A stretch of 56,228 nt of DNA from a virus (Duplodnaviria > Caudoviricetes), in IMG/VR virus record IMGVR_UViG_3300026302_000007, positions 1-56,228 of that record; one strand, given 5' to 3'. Shown here piece after piece: positions 39,246-48,041 of the stretch. The translations under genes were made by a program, and so were the position numbers. The first letter of the stretch is position 1; each line of letters starts with the position of its first letter. A model generated the notes under the pieces. It had not been told where the DNA came from. It did not search any database and was given only the letters and a program-made list of their open reading frames with translations.

Positions 39246-39940
39246 AAGAAACCACAGTAAAAGTCGTCCGCCGTTTCACCACCGATGTGCAGTATGAGTA
39301 TGTCGAGATTGAAGTCACCGGCAAGCTCGACGCCAAAGAAGACCTCGCTGAAGTGACCAACGATCTGATTACCCAGATCGAAGCTGCCGTTGAAGGCGAG
39401 CCCGCGAAAACCGAAAAAACTGAAAAACCCAAGTCAACCAAGGAGACAAAAAATGGAAAAACAAATCCTGCTAAAGACGACACGGACGGAGACGAAGATC
39501 CCGAAGACGCTGATGCAACAGAAGATGGCGAAAGCACTGAAGACGATGAAGCCGCAGACGATGAAGCTAGCGGTGACTCTGACGATTCAGCCGACACTGA
39601 TGACAGCGGAGACGAAGGTGAAGAAGCCGAAGAAAAGAAAAAATCTGCCCGCGTCGAGCGCCAAAGCCAAAAAGTCGATGCCGGTAAAAAAACAAGCGGA
39701 GACAAAAAAGGCTTCCGCAAAAAGCCCCAAGTCTACAACCGCGAAATCAAAGAGCACCGAGAAATTTTTAGCAAACTCCTCGGATCTGTAAGTCCGAAAT
39801 GGGCCGTGAAAAAATCTTTGAAAGACCGCGCTCGCAAGGCTTCTGAAGAATTCACTGGCGAAGAGTTCTTGGATGAAAACGGAACTGTTTTGCCTGCGTT
39901 CAAAACGGCAGTTAAAGATTTCATGGAGAAAAAGGACTAA
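39242..39940 (+). CDS. Hypothetical protein with long acidic linker
   Basis: AAGGAG SD; D/E-rich central ~55 aa. Confidence 0.8.
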   Translation: MKETTVKVVRRFTTDVQYEYVEIEVTGKLDAKEDLAEVTNDLITQIEAAVEGEPAKTEKTEKPKSTKETKNGKTNPAKDDTDGDEDPEDADATEDGESTEDDEAADDEASGDSDDSADTDDSGDEGEEAEEKKKSARVERQSQKVDAGKKTSGDKKGFRKKPQVYNREIKEHREIFSKLLGSVSPKWAVKKSLKDRARKASEEFTGEEFLDENGTVLPAFKTAVKDFMEKKD

Positions 39941-39943
39941 CCT

Positions 39944-40168
39944 ATGAAAAAGTCGTGGCCTTACTTGCTTGGTGCTGCTCTCGCAAAAATTGCCTTCCTC
40001 ATGTTTTATGGGGTAGCCCTCATGTATCTATTTCCTCTATCGGTAAAACCTTTTTGGAAAGAAATGCCCGAGGTAGAGTATCACCAAGCATTGGCCGCGA
40101 CTCTTCTTATTCATCTTCTGGCGCTTTTGCTCACGCCTACCCGCCAGGGGAACCACGACCGGGATTGA
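39944..40168 (+). CDS. Small two-TM membrane protein
   Basis: Two hydrophobic stretches. Confidence 0.65.
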   Translation: MKKSWPYLLGAALAKIAFLMFYGVALMYLFPLSVKPFWKEMPEVEYHQALAATLLIHLLALLLTPTRQGNHDRD

Positions 40169-40169
40169 A

Positions 40170-40628
40170 ATGGACCTTGAAGACCTGATTAAGAGTGCAA
40201 ACCATCTCCCCACTGATAACGATCTTAAAAAATCTCTTGAGGAAGTGATAAGAAATCTTCCTAACTGGTCTATGCAGATAAAAGGATACGGGCGCCGGGG
40301 CGGACATCGAAATACAGCGTACTCTTGTTACAGTTTTGATTTCTCAGAAGGAGAGTGGAGAATGGGCGAAATAAAATATTTTATCGTGTCGTATGCAACA
40401 TCCCGCGTGATTAAAGATCTCACTCAGGAAGGAGTTTTAGTCTCGGCCAGAATCCTTATGGATATGCCGAACCCCAGTTTTGATATCTTCGAAGTGAACT
40501 CTAAAACTTGTGTGACAAATGATTTTGAGACAGACGAGACAGGGAAGTGGAAGTACAATCCAGCCCCAAAATTATTTGGCGAGGATCAGGAGTTGCCGCC
40601 GTGGAAAATAGACCAGAAAAAGAAGTAG
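40170..40628 (+). CDS. Hypothetical protein
   Basis: 152-aa ORF in operon. Confidence 0.65.
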   Translation: MDLEDLIKSANHLPTDNDLKKSLEEVIRNLPNWSMQIKGYGRRGGHRNTAYSCYSFDFSEGEWRMGEIKYFIVSYATSRVIKDLTQEGVLVSARILMDMPNPSFDIFEVNSKTCVTNDFETDETGKWKYNPAPKLFGEDQELPPWKIDQKKK

Positions 40629-40629
40629 T

Positions 40630-40647
40630 CATTGTTGACAACAACTT
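40630..40647 (+). promoter_or_regulatory. Operator/promoter motif copy
   Basis: CATTGTTGACAACAACTT in the intergenic gap. Confidence 0.55.
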
Positions 40648-40675
40648 CGGCCCAAGGGACTTTTTTGTAACGGAC

Positions 40676-40933
40676 ATGGAAAATAATAAAATTATTCCCA
40701 ACCTCACCCGAGAAGCAACCATCGCGGTTCTGAAGATCTTAAACCCAGTTGGGGATAAAAAGGTCTACCCCTATGCCTATCGAACTTTAAATCGTGACAC
40801 TCGCTTCACCATGAATAATTCTAAGTGGGAATTTGATCTGAGCTGGGACGAAGTTTTGTACGAAAATCTGATCGCGGAAAAACGCAAGGTGGGATTACTT
40901 GAGACCGAAATCAAAGGACTTGAAGCTCCCTGA
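40676..40933 (+). CDS. Hypothetical protein
   Basis: ATG 40676 downstream of the TTGACA motif. Confidence 0.6.
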   Translation: MENNKIIPNLTREATIAVLKILNPVGDKKVYPYAYRTLNRDTRFTMNNSKWEFDLSWDEVLYENLIAEKRKVGLLETEIKGLEAP

Positions 40934-42206
40934 CATCGCGACGCCGAAGCAACGCAAGTTGTTTCAGTATGGTCTCCAGCACGAGTACTCACTTCTGTGC
41001 GCCGACCCCCGCCTGGGGAAATCCGCGACCGCCATTTGGCTTCAAAAAGCTCGAAAGGCTCCAACTCTCATTATTTGCCCGAGCTATCTCATCGCCAACT
41101 GGAACAAGGAGATCAACAAGTGGAACCCCAAAGCCATCGTCACCTCCTTCCGGAAGGGGAAGGAAATTTACCACGTCGCGGACTCGGACTTTGTCGTCAT
41201 CTCTTTTGACCTAGTGCAGAAAGCCGAGCACCTTTTTCTCTGGGCCGACATGGTCATCATCGACGAGATCCACAACCTCAAATCAATGACCGCCAAACGC
41301 ACACAATTCGTCCATAGGGCGCTCTTTGAAAACTCGGTCAAATACTTCCATGGCCTCACGGGAACCCCACTCAAGAACCGTGTGCGCGAATTTTACAGTC
41401 TTTTGGCCATGGCCTATTACGACCCCCGCCTGAGAGATCCCAAATTCCTGGAGCAATACCCCGACGAGATCACGTTCGCAGAGCAGTTCAGCCATCGAAT
41501 CCAGTACGACGTGCGCGTGAAGGCCAAGAGCGGGGCCGAGTTCACCATGCCGGTCGTGAAATACGAGGGCGTAAAGAACATCCCGGAGCTTAAAACATGG
41601 CTTCAGGGCAGATACCTTCGTATCCGCGCCGGAAAAGGCGACCTTCCTCCAGTAAACTACCAAGACATTTTAATTTCAGATTCCGACAACCCGGCGCTCC
41701 TTCAGGCTTTCAACGCTTTCTTTGACGGGGAGGACTCGCATCTCCTGCGCCCGGACGTGAAGGTTCAAGCCGCTATGCAGAAAGTCCCGTTCACGATCAA
41801 GTATGTGGAAAACTTGATGGAAAGTGTGGATTGCTGCCTCATCTACTCCGATCACAAGGAGCCGACTCAGAAAATCGCGGCCCATTTTGGCGTTCCGGCG
41901 ATCACAGGAGAGATGCCCGGCCACAAGCGGGCCAAGATGGTTGCCGATTTCCAGGCCGGAAAGATTGACAAGTTGTGCGCAACCATCGGATCACTGAAGG
42001 AAGGCGCGGACTTATTCAGGGCCCGGGACATTGTCTCCAACGACTTGTGCTGGGTCCCTGGTGACTGGAATCAGGTCATCAATCGGATCAGGGCCATCGG
42101 ACAAAAAGATCCGAGGACTGTTCACCGAATTTTTGGATCTCCCCAGGACGAAAAAATCTCCGCTGTACTTGAAGAAAAAATGGCTGTCATTGAGGCAGCA
42201 ACATAA
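40899..42206 (+). CDS. SNF2-like DEXH helicase
   Basis: ADPRLGKS, IICP, IIDEIH, GLTGTP..NR, EGADL, W.P...Q...RI..IGQ. Confidence 0.92.
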   Translation: MRPKSKDLKLPDIATPKQRKLFQYGLQHEYSLLCADPRLGKSATAIWLQKARKAPTLIICPSYLIANWNKEINKWNPKAIVTSFRKGKEIYHVADSDFVVISFDLVQKAEHLFLWADMVIIDEIHNLKSMTAKRTQFVHRALFENSVKYFHGLTGTPLKNRVREFYSLLAMAYYDPRLRDPKFLEQYPDEITFAEQFSHRIQYDVRVKAKSGAEFTMPVVKYEGVKNIPELKTWLQGRYLRIRAGKGDLPPVNYQDILISDSDNPALLQAFNAFFDGEDSHLLRPDVKVQAAMQKVPFTIKYVENLMESVDCCLIYSDHKEPTQKIAAHFGVPAITGEMPGHKRAKMVADFQAGKIDKLCATIGSLKEGADLFRARDIVSNDLCWVPGDWNQVINRIRAIGQKDPRTVHRIFGSPQDEKISAVLEEKMAVIEAAT

Positions 42207-42218
42207 GAGGAGCGGGGC

Positions 42219-42410
42219 ATGTACAAAGTTGTTGGGCCAAATCTCTATCGAGTTCTCTATCGTATCAAGCATGTGGACAAAGAGTTTCAATCTTTGGTCT
42301 TTGCACATTCCGAGAAAGAAGCAATGTCTTACTTCTCTGATGTTGTGAAAGTGACTTTGGTCGAGAACGATGTTTCGGCTATCGTTCCTCAAAACTACGT
42401 TTCAATGTAA
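42219..42410 (+). CDS. Hypothetical protein
   Basis: GAGGAG SD; 63 aa. Confidence 0.7.
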   Translation: MYKVVGPNLYRVLYRIKHVDKEFQSLVFAHSEKEAMSYFSDVVKVTLVENDVSAIVPQNYVSM

Positions 42411-42418
42411 GATTAATT

Positions 42419-42518
42419 TGCCGGGGCCTAGGAAATCTAGTGCCCACGATAATAAATATCTGGCGATGGCGGTCGTAAAATCACCGCTACCAGAGGCGGA
42501 TGGTAGACGGCCCCGGCA
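42419..42518 (+). ncRNA. Candidate structured RNA (family unknown)
   Basis: Closing stem TGCCGGGGCC/GGCCCCGGCA enclosing CTAG-gaaat-CTAG and TCTGG..TGGCGGT/ACCGCTA.CCAGA hairpins; strand not established. Confidence 0.4.
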
Positions 42519-42547
42519 TTGATGTTTCAAATAAGAGGGGAGTGAGT

Positions 42548-42706
42548 ATGTATCGACTGACAATGATTTTGAATGGGGAGATCCGCACACGAGAAGTTGG
42601 ATCTCTCGACCAGGCCCAGTCGGCTGTTGAAGCCTTGGCTGGAAAAGTTTCCTACTTTCGAGTTCTACAAGTATCCGGCAAGAAAAAGAAACCGCTTTCA
42701 ATCTAA
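42548..42706 (+). CDS. Hypothetical small protein
   Basis: GAGGGGAG SD; MYRLTMILNGEIR... Confidence 0.6.
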   Translation: MYRLTMILNGEIRTREVGSLDQAQSAVEALAGKVSYFRVLQVSGKKKKPLSI

Positions 42707-42724
42707 CCAAGAAAGGCATCACGA

Positions 42725-42898
42725 ATGATTCGCATCCAGAAGTTGAAGCAGCCAAAGAAAACATCCGGCATCGAACTGCCCCCAGGGCAGTCTCAAATCA
42801 TCAAAAAGATCAAAATTCAAAACACAGGCAAGGAAACGGTCTGGGTAGACACCTACACACGTAAGCCTGTGGAACCAATCAAAGGAGGATTGAAATGA
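42725..42898 (+). CDS. Hypothetical small protein (57 aa)
   Basis: MIRIQKLKQPKK...; ATGA overlap with the endolysin. Confidence 0.55.
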   Translation: MIRIQKLKQPKKTSGIELPPGQSQIIKKIKIQNTGKETVWVDTYTRKPVEPIKGGLK

Positions 42899-44271
42899 AA
42901 ATCTACTCGATTCCCCAGCCCGGGGATGTGAACGAAGACGTTAGGATCTTCCAAGCCGCCCTCAACGCTCAGAAAGTGGTGAAGCCGAAGCTGGTTGAGG
43001 ATGACAACTTCGGTCCCAAAACCAGAACCGCCGCCAGCCAATTTCAGAAAAGCATTGGTCTTGAGGGCACCGGAATTCCAGGCCCCAAGACGATTGAGGC
43101 CCTCGGCCTCATTCTCGACAAAGCGGGCCAGCCCGTCGAGACTCCCCAGGTTCCCTTCCGATTAAGCTGGGACAACAAAGCCGAGCGCCTTCCCTGGACT
43201 GGCTACATCTTCTCCCGTTTGTACGAGATGTACGACAGCCATATCGTGAAGATCAAAGACATGGAACGCTTCCGCATCGACTGGGTCGCGCTCACAAAAG
43301 ATCAGCGCATCTATGTGATGGCCGAAATCATCGTCCAAATGGCCAAGCACGAGAGCGGCTGGAACCCCGACTCTGCGAGCGTAGATGTCGGCAACAAAGA
43401 CAAAAAAGACACTTGGTCAATTGGCCTTCTCCAGTTGTCGGTGGCGGATCAGTCGTGGGTCAAGCCGCGCGATAAAACTCGCTACACCTACGAGGAACTC
43501 ATCAAGCCGATCCCCAACTTGGATTTGGCTTTTTCAATCCTCAAGCGCCAAATTGAAAAAGACGGGCGCTTGGTTCTGCCGAACAAATCTCCCTTGAGAT
43601 ACTGGGCCGTCATGCTCGACGGGAACAAATACTCGAAGGTTGATTCGATCATCTCGGTCATCAAAAAGATCAAGATCCCCGAAGCGGTCAACGAAAAGCT
43701 CCCGAGCAAAGACAAGAAGATCGACCGAGAAGTCATCGCCAGAAAGATCGTTGCGATCATTCAGGCAGACATCGACGCCAATCTTCGCGAGACTCACGGG
43801 AAGAACCGTTCACCCCGCATCGACAGCTTCAACAAACGTGCTCACGCCTACCCGGGAGACCCCTACTGTGCTTCGGGCGGCTGGTGCGCGATTGATGACG
43901 CCTGTAAAGAACTGGGCCTGAAAAACCCGGTCGCGCCCACAGCATCTTCTCAGGCTTTCCGCAAGACTTCTTTCGTGCCCGCGAAGTACATTCGCCCGGA
44001 AGGATCTAAAGGGAAAATCGGAGATGTTGGCGTTCTTCAGCAAGTCTCGGACCCCGGCAAAGGCCACTATGTGACTCTGCGAGAAGATCAAGTCTCCCAG
44101 CCTCTTTTCAAGACCGTCGAATACAACACCGATGGCTCTGGATCGCGCGACGGAGACGGCGCCTACGCAATGACTCGCTCGACTGTGGACCGCTCTGCGG
44201 AAAACAGCGGGAAGATCTTTGTGTGTTTCACGGACATCCCCCAGTGGATTGCCGATCACAATAAGCTCTGA
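42895..44271 (+). CDS. Modular endolysin: PG-binding + SLT-like transglycosylase + CHAP-like amidase
   Basis: DDNFGPKT..A...FQK..GL..TGI.GPKT; HESGWNP...SIGLLQLS; PYCASG...GHY...TVEYNT. Confidence 0.85.
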   Translation: MKIYSIPQPGDVNEDVRIFQAALNAQKVVKPKLVEDDNFGPKTRTAASQFQKSIGLEGTGIPGPKTIEALGLILDKAGQPVETPQVPFRLSWDNKAERLPWTGYIFSRLYEMYDSHIVKIKDMERFRIDWVALTKDQRIYVMAEIIVQMAKHESGWNPDSASVDVGNKDKKDTWSIGLLQLSVADQSWVKPRDKTRYTYEELIKPIPNLDLAFSILKRQIEKDGRLVLPNKSPLRYWAVMLDGNKYSKVDSIISVIKKIKIPEAVNEKLPSKDKKIDREVIARKIVAIIQADIDANLRETHGKNRSPRIDSFNKRAHAYPGDPYCASGGWCAIDDACKELGLKNPVAPTASSQAFRKTSFVPAKYIRPEGSKGKIGDVGVLQQVSDPGKGHYVTLREDQVSQPLFKTVEYNTDGSGSRDGDGAYAMTRSTVDRSAENSGKIFVCFTDIPQWIADHNKL

Positions 44272-44288
44272 CCAAAGTCCTGACACTG

Positions 44289-44318
44289 TGCCGCCCGGAT
44301 CTCTGGCGGCATTTGTTT
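44289..44318 (+). terminator. Rho-independent terminator
   Basis: TGCCGCC...GGCGGCA followed by TTTGTTT. Confidence 0.7.
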
Positions 44319-44351
44319 GCCCCATCGCATAGTTTTCTCCATAATCAAGTC

Positions 44352-44588
44352 ATGAAAGAGATCACGGAATCTTTTCAAGACCCGGAACTTGAGGTCTCAG
44401 AAGAGAGTGAAATTGCTGCGGCTGTGGACGTATCTGTTCTCGGGACAGACCAGGTCCCGCGCCCAGTTTATTTGAACCAGGACGACCAAATCATCGCTTT
44501 GACAACAGAAGATGCAAAGCGGCTTCATGGTTTCTTAGGCAAGGCCATTCAATTCTTAGATGACTACGAGAAAAGACGCCTGCAATAA
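44352..44588 (+). CDS. Hypothetical acidic protein
   Basis: TTGCCC-17-CATAAT ends 6 nt before the ATG; no SD. Confidence 0.7.
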   Translation: MKEITESFQDPELEVSEESEIAAAVDVSVLGTDQVPRPVYLNQDDQIIALTTEDAKRLHGFLGKAIQFLDDYEKRRLQ

Positions 44589-44594
44589 GTCCTT

Positions 44595-44610
44595 AAGTTG
44601 TTGACAACAT
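44595..44610. promoter_or_regulatory. Operator/promoter motif copy
   Basis: AAGTTGTTGACAACAT, intergenic. Confidence 0.6.
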
Positions 44611-44637
44611 ATAAGCGGTTCGGCAACTTCCTGGGCT

Positions 44638-44964
44638 ATGAAAATCATCGAGCATAGAGAAGGCATAAAGCGCCACTACAAGTTATTCAGTATCAGCTTC
44701 GAAGCAATGGCCCACGCCCTTCGCACTGGGGGATTCTTCGAAGTCCTTGAGGGAATCCCCAGAGATGGGGATGTAAAAAGAGTCGAGTTTGATGGCATGA
44801 GGGGCGAGTGGGTTATCGTCGTCGAGCACATGTCCTATCCGGCAGTTCTTTGGGGAAGTAAACCCCCACAAGAAGAAATCGTCGTCAAGACTTACCAGGG
44901 CCCTGAGATCGCAGTTTTTAAAAAATTCGCTTCAGATATAATGAAAGCGCAGGGTAACGTATGA
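44638..44964 (+). CDS. Hypothetical protein, paralog family B
   Basis: EGIP.D...VIVVEHMSY..V..G..PP, similar to 48753-49187. Confidence 0.75.
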   Translation: MKIIEHREGIKRHYKLFSISFEAMAHALRTGGFFEVLEGIPRDGDVKRVEFDGMRGEWVIVVEHMSYPAVLWGSKPPQEEIVVKTYQGPEIAVFKKFASDIMKAQGNV

Positions 44965-46085
44965 TGAGATACGCTGTTCTCTATAAGAAAACTTCAAACG
45001 GAGCTATTCAACAATGGCAAGTGGCCGTCGAGGGAGCGACAATCGTCACGACTTACGGGCAAGTCGGCGGAAAGCTCATGACCACGAGAGACTCCATCAA
45101 AGAAGGAAAAAATCAGGGAAGAAAAAACGAAACGGATCGCGAAAGTCAGGCAATGAAAGAGGCCCAAAGCCAGTGGGTAAAGAAAAAGAAAGCTGGCTAT
45201 ACCGAGAGCTTAGAAGACGCGGATTCTGGAAAGACTGACAAGATCATCGAAGGCGGCATTGAGCCTATGTCCGCCAACAGTTTTGATAAACGAAAAGAAA
45301 AAGTGAACTATCCAGTTTTGGTCCAGCCCAAGTTCGACGGGCACCGATGTATCGCCGTCATTGACCTCTCTTACCACGTCACCCTTTGGTCGCGTCAGCG
45401 CCGCCCGATCACGTCAGCGCCCCATATCCAAGAGATGCTGAGTGAAATGGCCATGGCCACGGGCCAGAGCGACATCATCCTGGACGGAGAACTTTATAAC
45501 CACAAACTGCGCCATGATTTTGAGAAGATCACTTCTCTGGCCAAGCAAAAGACACCAGACAAAGACTATAAGATGCTTCAGTACCACATCTATGATCTGG
45601 TCCGCCCGCACTCCTATGTGAGCCGCTGGGGGTTTTTAAAAATCTTCGTAGAAAAATGTCCCGACAAAAGTGTCCAAGTGGCAGAGACGTTTAACGCCAG
45701 AAATGAAAATGAGGTCCGGTCCCTCTACGGGGATTTTGTCGAGAGGGGATACGAGGGCGCGATGGTCCGTCAGAACAGTGGCGGATATTTGCACAAACGG
45801 TGCGACCAACTCTTGAAGGTAAAAGAGTTTGAGGAGGATGAATTCGAAATCATCGGCATGGAAGAAGGCCGAGGGAAACTTCAGGGGCATGCCGGAAACT
45901 TCGTTTGCAAGATCGGAGAAGACCAATTCAGCGTGAAGATGTCTGGGGAAACCAAGAACTTGAAAAAGTATTGGGAGAACCAGGAGAACTATATTGGACA
46001 AATGGTGACGGTTAAATATCAAGGATTTTCAAAACTCGGCATTCCGCGATTCCCAGTTGGACTTCGCATCCGAGAAGATCTGTAG
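44961..46085 (+). CDS. lig: ATP-dependent DNA ligase with N-terminal WGR-like domain
   Basis: Motif I QPKFDGHR, III ILDGELY, IIIa YHIYD, IV GYEGAMVR, V LLKVK, OB domain PRFPV. Confidence 0.95.
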   Translation: MMRYAVLYKKTSNGAIQQWQVAVEGATIVTTYGQVGGKLMTTRDSIKEGKNQGRKNETDRESQAMKEAQSQWVKKKKAGYTESLEDADSGKTDKIIEGGIEPMSANSFDKRKEKVNYPVLVQPKFDGHRCIAVIDLSYHVTLWSRQRRPITSAPHIQEMLSEMAMATGQSDIILDGELYNHKLRHDFEKITSLAKQKTPDKDYKMLQYHIYDLVRPHSYVSRWGFLKIFVEKCPDKSVQVAETFNARNENEVRSLYGDFVERGYEGAMVRQNSGGYLHKRCDQLLKVKEFEEDEFEIIGMEEGRGKLQGHAGNFVCKIGEDQFSVKMSGETKNLKKYWENQENYIGQMVTVKYQGFSKLGIPRFPVGLRIREDL

Positions 46086-46093
46086 GAGAAAAC

Positions 46094-46426
46094 ATGGAAG
46101 GCGCTGTAACAAAAAAGATGGAAAAATTTTTGGATGTTTTCCTGCCAGATGCAACTGAGGCAGAAAGAAAATTCGCCCGCATGATTCTCTTCACAGGAGC
46201 TTCTATTGGGCTCGAGGGAGTCATCGACATGGCCGGATCAAAAGATGGCCTCCTGTCTCAGATGAGTGAAAAAGACAAATGGCCTGCGGCTGTGAACGTG
46301 ACCTGCATGGAAATTGTCATCACTCTCGACAAACTCAAAGACTTCGTCCAAGAGATGAAGGATACGAAAAGAAACCCCTCGGCGTTCTCAACTCGAAATG
46401 TGACTCCTCCAGATGAATACCACTAA
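46094..46426 (+). CDS. Hypothetical protein
   Basis: AGGAG SD; 110 aa. Confidence 0.7.
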   Translation: MEGAVTKKMEKFLDVFLPDATEAERKFARMILFTGASIGLEGVIDMAGSKDGLLSQMSEKDKWPAAVNVTCMEIVITLDKLKDFVQEMKDTKRNPSAFSTRNVTPPDEYH

Positions 46427-46473
46427 GTTGATCTGCGTTTTCATTTTCTTCTATATGGTCTCTGTGAGGCTGT

Positions 46474-46794
46474 ATGTCTAAGACGATAGGAAAGGCCAAT
46501 AGAGAAGGAGTTTTTACTGTCAAGACTAACGCACACGGTGAGGAAATTTTGACTGGCAAATATCCTCCCAGTATTTTCGGAATCTCCGCCAGTACAGACG
46601 AAGAGGAGCCAAATGTCCGGGCCTACATCAAGTGGAGAAGAATAATTCGGAAAATAAAGTATCTCGAGAATTTAAACCCAAAGGAACTTTGTCTCAACCA
46701 GCAAACGCTGACAGAAATTGATATTCTTCTCGGCTCTGAGTGGGATGTAAGCCCGGAGGGAAAATTCTGGAATGGGGTGGTAGAGATCCCATGA
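46474..46794 (+). CDS. Hypothetical protein, paralog family C
   Basis: WRRIIRKIKYLE...IDILLGSEWDV. Confidence 0.75.
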   Translation: MSKTIGKANREGVFTVKTNAHGEEILTGKYPPSIFGISASTDEEEPNVRAYIKWRRIIRKIKYLENLNPKELCLNQQTLTEIDILLGSEWDVSPEGKFWNGVVEIP

Positions 46795-47162
46795 GTAAGA
46801 AACACAGCACCAACGTAAAATTGGGAATCCCCACCGCCGCATGGGATAACATATACGAGCAAGTTCAAATAAGTGAGGATTTTCAACCTAAGATTTCTGA
46901 CTTCTTTCGTATGAAGGAAAATAAAGAAGAACAGCACTCCGACCCCGAAAATCTGATACGGGGCGCAGTCCTGTGGGCCAAGATCAAAAGAAAAATAGAG
47001 CACTTGGAAAAACAGGAAGATAAGAGGAGCCTCTTTGGATCACTAAAAGACCTCAAGAGGATCGACAGTCTTTTAGGGAGTTGGGACGTTGTCGATGGGG
47101 AAATATTCGTGCAGCCAATTATAACTTCAAAATATTACGAACCAGATTGGGGAGATGAGTGA
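46791..47162 (+). CDS. Hypothetical protein, paralog family C
   Basis: ATGA overlap; WAKIKRKIEHLE...IDSLLGSWDV. Confidence 0.75.
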   Translation: MSKKHSTNVKLGIPTAAWDNIYEQVQISEDFQPKISDFFRMKENKEEQHSDPENLIRGAVLWAKIKRKIEHLEKQEDKRSLFGSLKDLKRIDSLLGSWDVVDGEIFVQPIITSKYYEPDWGDE

Positions 47163-47543
47163 ATGAAAAACTATATTGAAGAAGCAAAAGTTACTGACGT
47201 TCAAAACTACGGCGCTGTCCAAGAGCGATGCGTGGACCACAAGACTCTAAAGATCCTTCACGGGGCGATTGGTCTTTCAACAGAGTCAGGGGAGATCCTC
47301 GACTGCATCAAGAAGCATCTCTTCTACGGGAAGCCGCTCGACCTTGTTAACCTCAAAGAAGAGTTGGGGGACATCTTTTGGTATTGCGCCCTTCTCGCCG
47401 GAGAGCTTGGGATCACGTTCGATGAAGTCCAGGACGTGAACATCCAAAAGCTTCGGGCTCGTTTTCCTAACAAGTTCAACGAGTACGATGCCACTCACCG
47501 GGACATTGAGAAAGAGAGATACATTCTCGAAGGAAGAAATTAG
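47163..47543 (+). CDS. MazG-like nucleotide pyrophosphohydrolase
   Basis: GLSTESGE..D.IKK..F...EELGDIFWY...NIQKL.ARFP. Confidence 0.9.
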   Translation: MKNYIEEAKVTDVQNYGAVQERCVDHKTLKILHGAIGLSTESGEILDCIKKHLFYGKPLDLVNLKEELGDIFWYCALLAGELGITFDEVQDVNIQKLRARFPNKFNEYDATHRDIEKERYILEGRN

Positions 47544-47713
47544 TGGCGAACCCGGGACCGGACCTAGATTCTTTAAGAGCGGAAGATTTGGCCAAAATGA
47601 TTATGAAGTGCCGGGTAGAGATAGCTTGTGACGAGCAGCTACTCGGAGCTTTTCTATGTTCCACATTTTCTTTTGGAGCATTGGCCGCACTTGCCGCTTG
47701 GATGGGGGTGTAA
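47543..47713 (+). CDS. Small protein with C-terminal TM segment
   Basis: GTG overlapping the upstream stop; ...LLGAFLCSTFSFGALAALAAWMGV. Confidence 0.5.
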   Translation: MANPGPDLDSLRAEDLAKMIMKCRVEIACDEQLLGAFLCSTFSFGALAALAAWMGV

Positions 47714-47896
47714 ATGTCGCTACACGGTCTTCCTCCTGGGCATGAATACTTTTGGGAAGTAATTCGCCGGAACGAAAAAATTGATGACGAGATGTGGCTA
47801 CAACTTTTCTACGGAGTAATGAGCATGCTCATCGCCTTTGGCGCCCTGGTAGCGAAAGTGCACACCTGGGCAATTTTGGAGGTTCGCATTGGCTGA
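47714..47896 (+). CDS. Small membrane protein
   Basis: GGGGG SD; LFYGVMSMLIAFGALVA. Confidence 0.55.
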   Translation: MSLHGLPPGHEYFWEVIRRNEKIDDEMWLQLFYGVMSMLIAFGALVAKVHTWAILEVRIG

Positions 47897-48032
47897 ACTC
47901 ACAAAAGAACTTCTTATGGAGTTGTGGAGGATCAAAAAAGAGAGACTGACCATCGAATATTGCTACTGGTCCTTCCTCTCTGTTATTGTGACGATCTCTG
48001 GAATATTGACGATTATAATCATACGAGCATAG
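47889..48032 (+). CDS. Small protein with C-terminal TM segment
   Basis: TTG after GGAGG; ...WSFLSVIVTISGILTIIIIRA. Confidence 0.5.
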   Translation: MAELTKELLMELWRIKKERLTIEYCYWSFLSVIVTISGILTIIIIRA

Positions 48033-48041
48033 GAGAAAAAT

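Noticed and set aside
42419-42518. tRNA, HDV-like ribozyme or c-di-GMP riboswitch identity for the structured element
   Set aside because: No T-loop or cloverleaf, no complete nested pseudoknot, and only short chance matches to riboswitch consensus
8477-47543. Z-genome or other base-modification system (DUF1599-like, MazG-like, PolA)
   Set aside because: No PurZ, DatZ-like HD hydrolase, thymidylate-synthase-like, glycosyltransferase or queuosine-pathway genes recognised; the genes are dispersed
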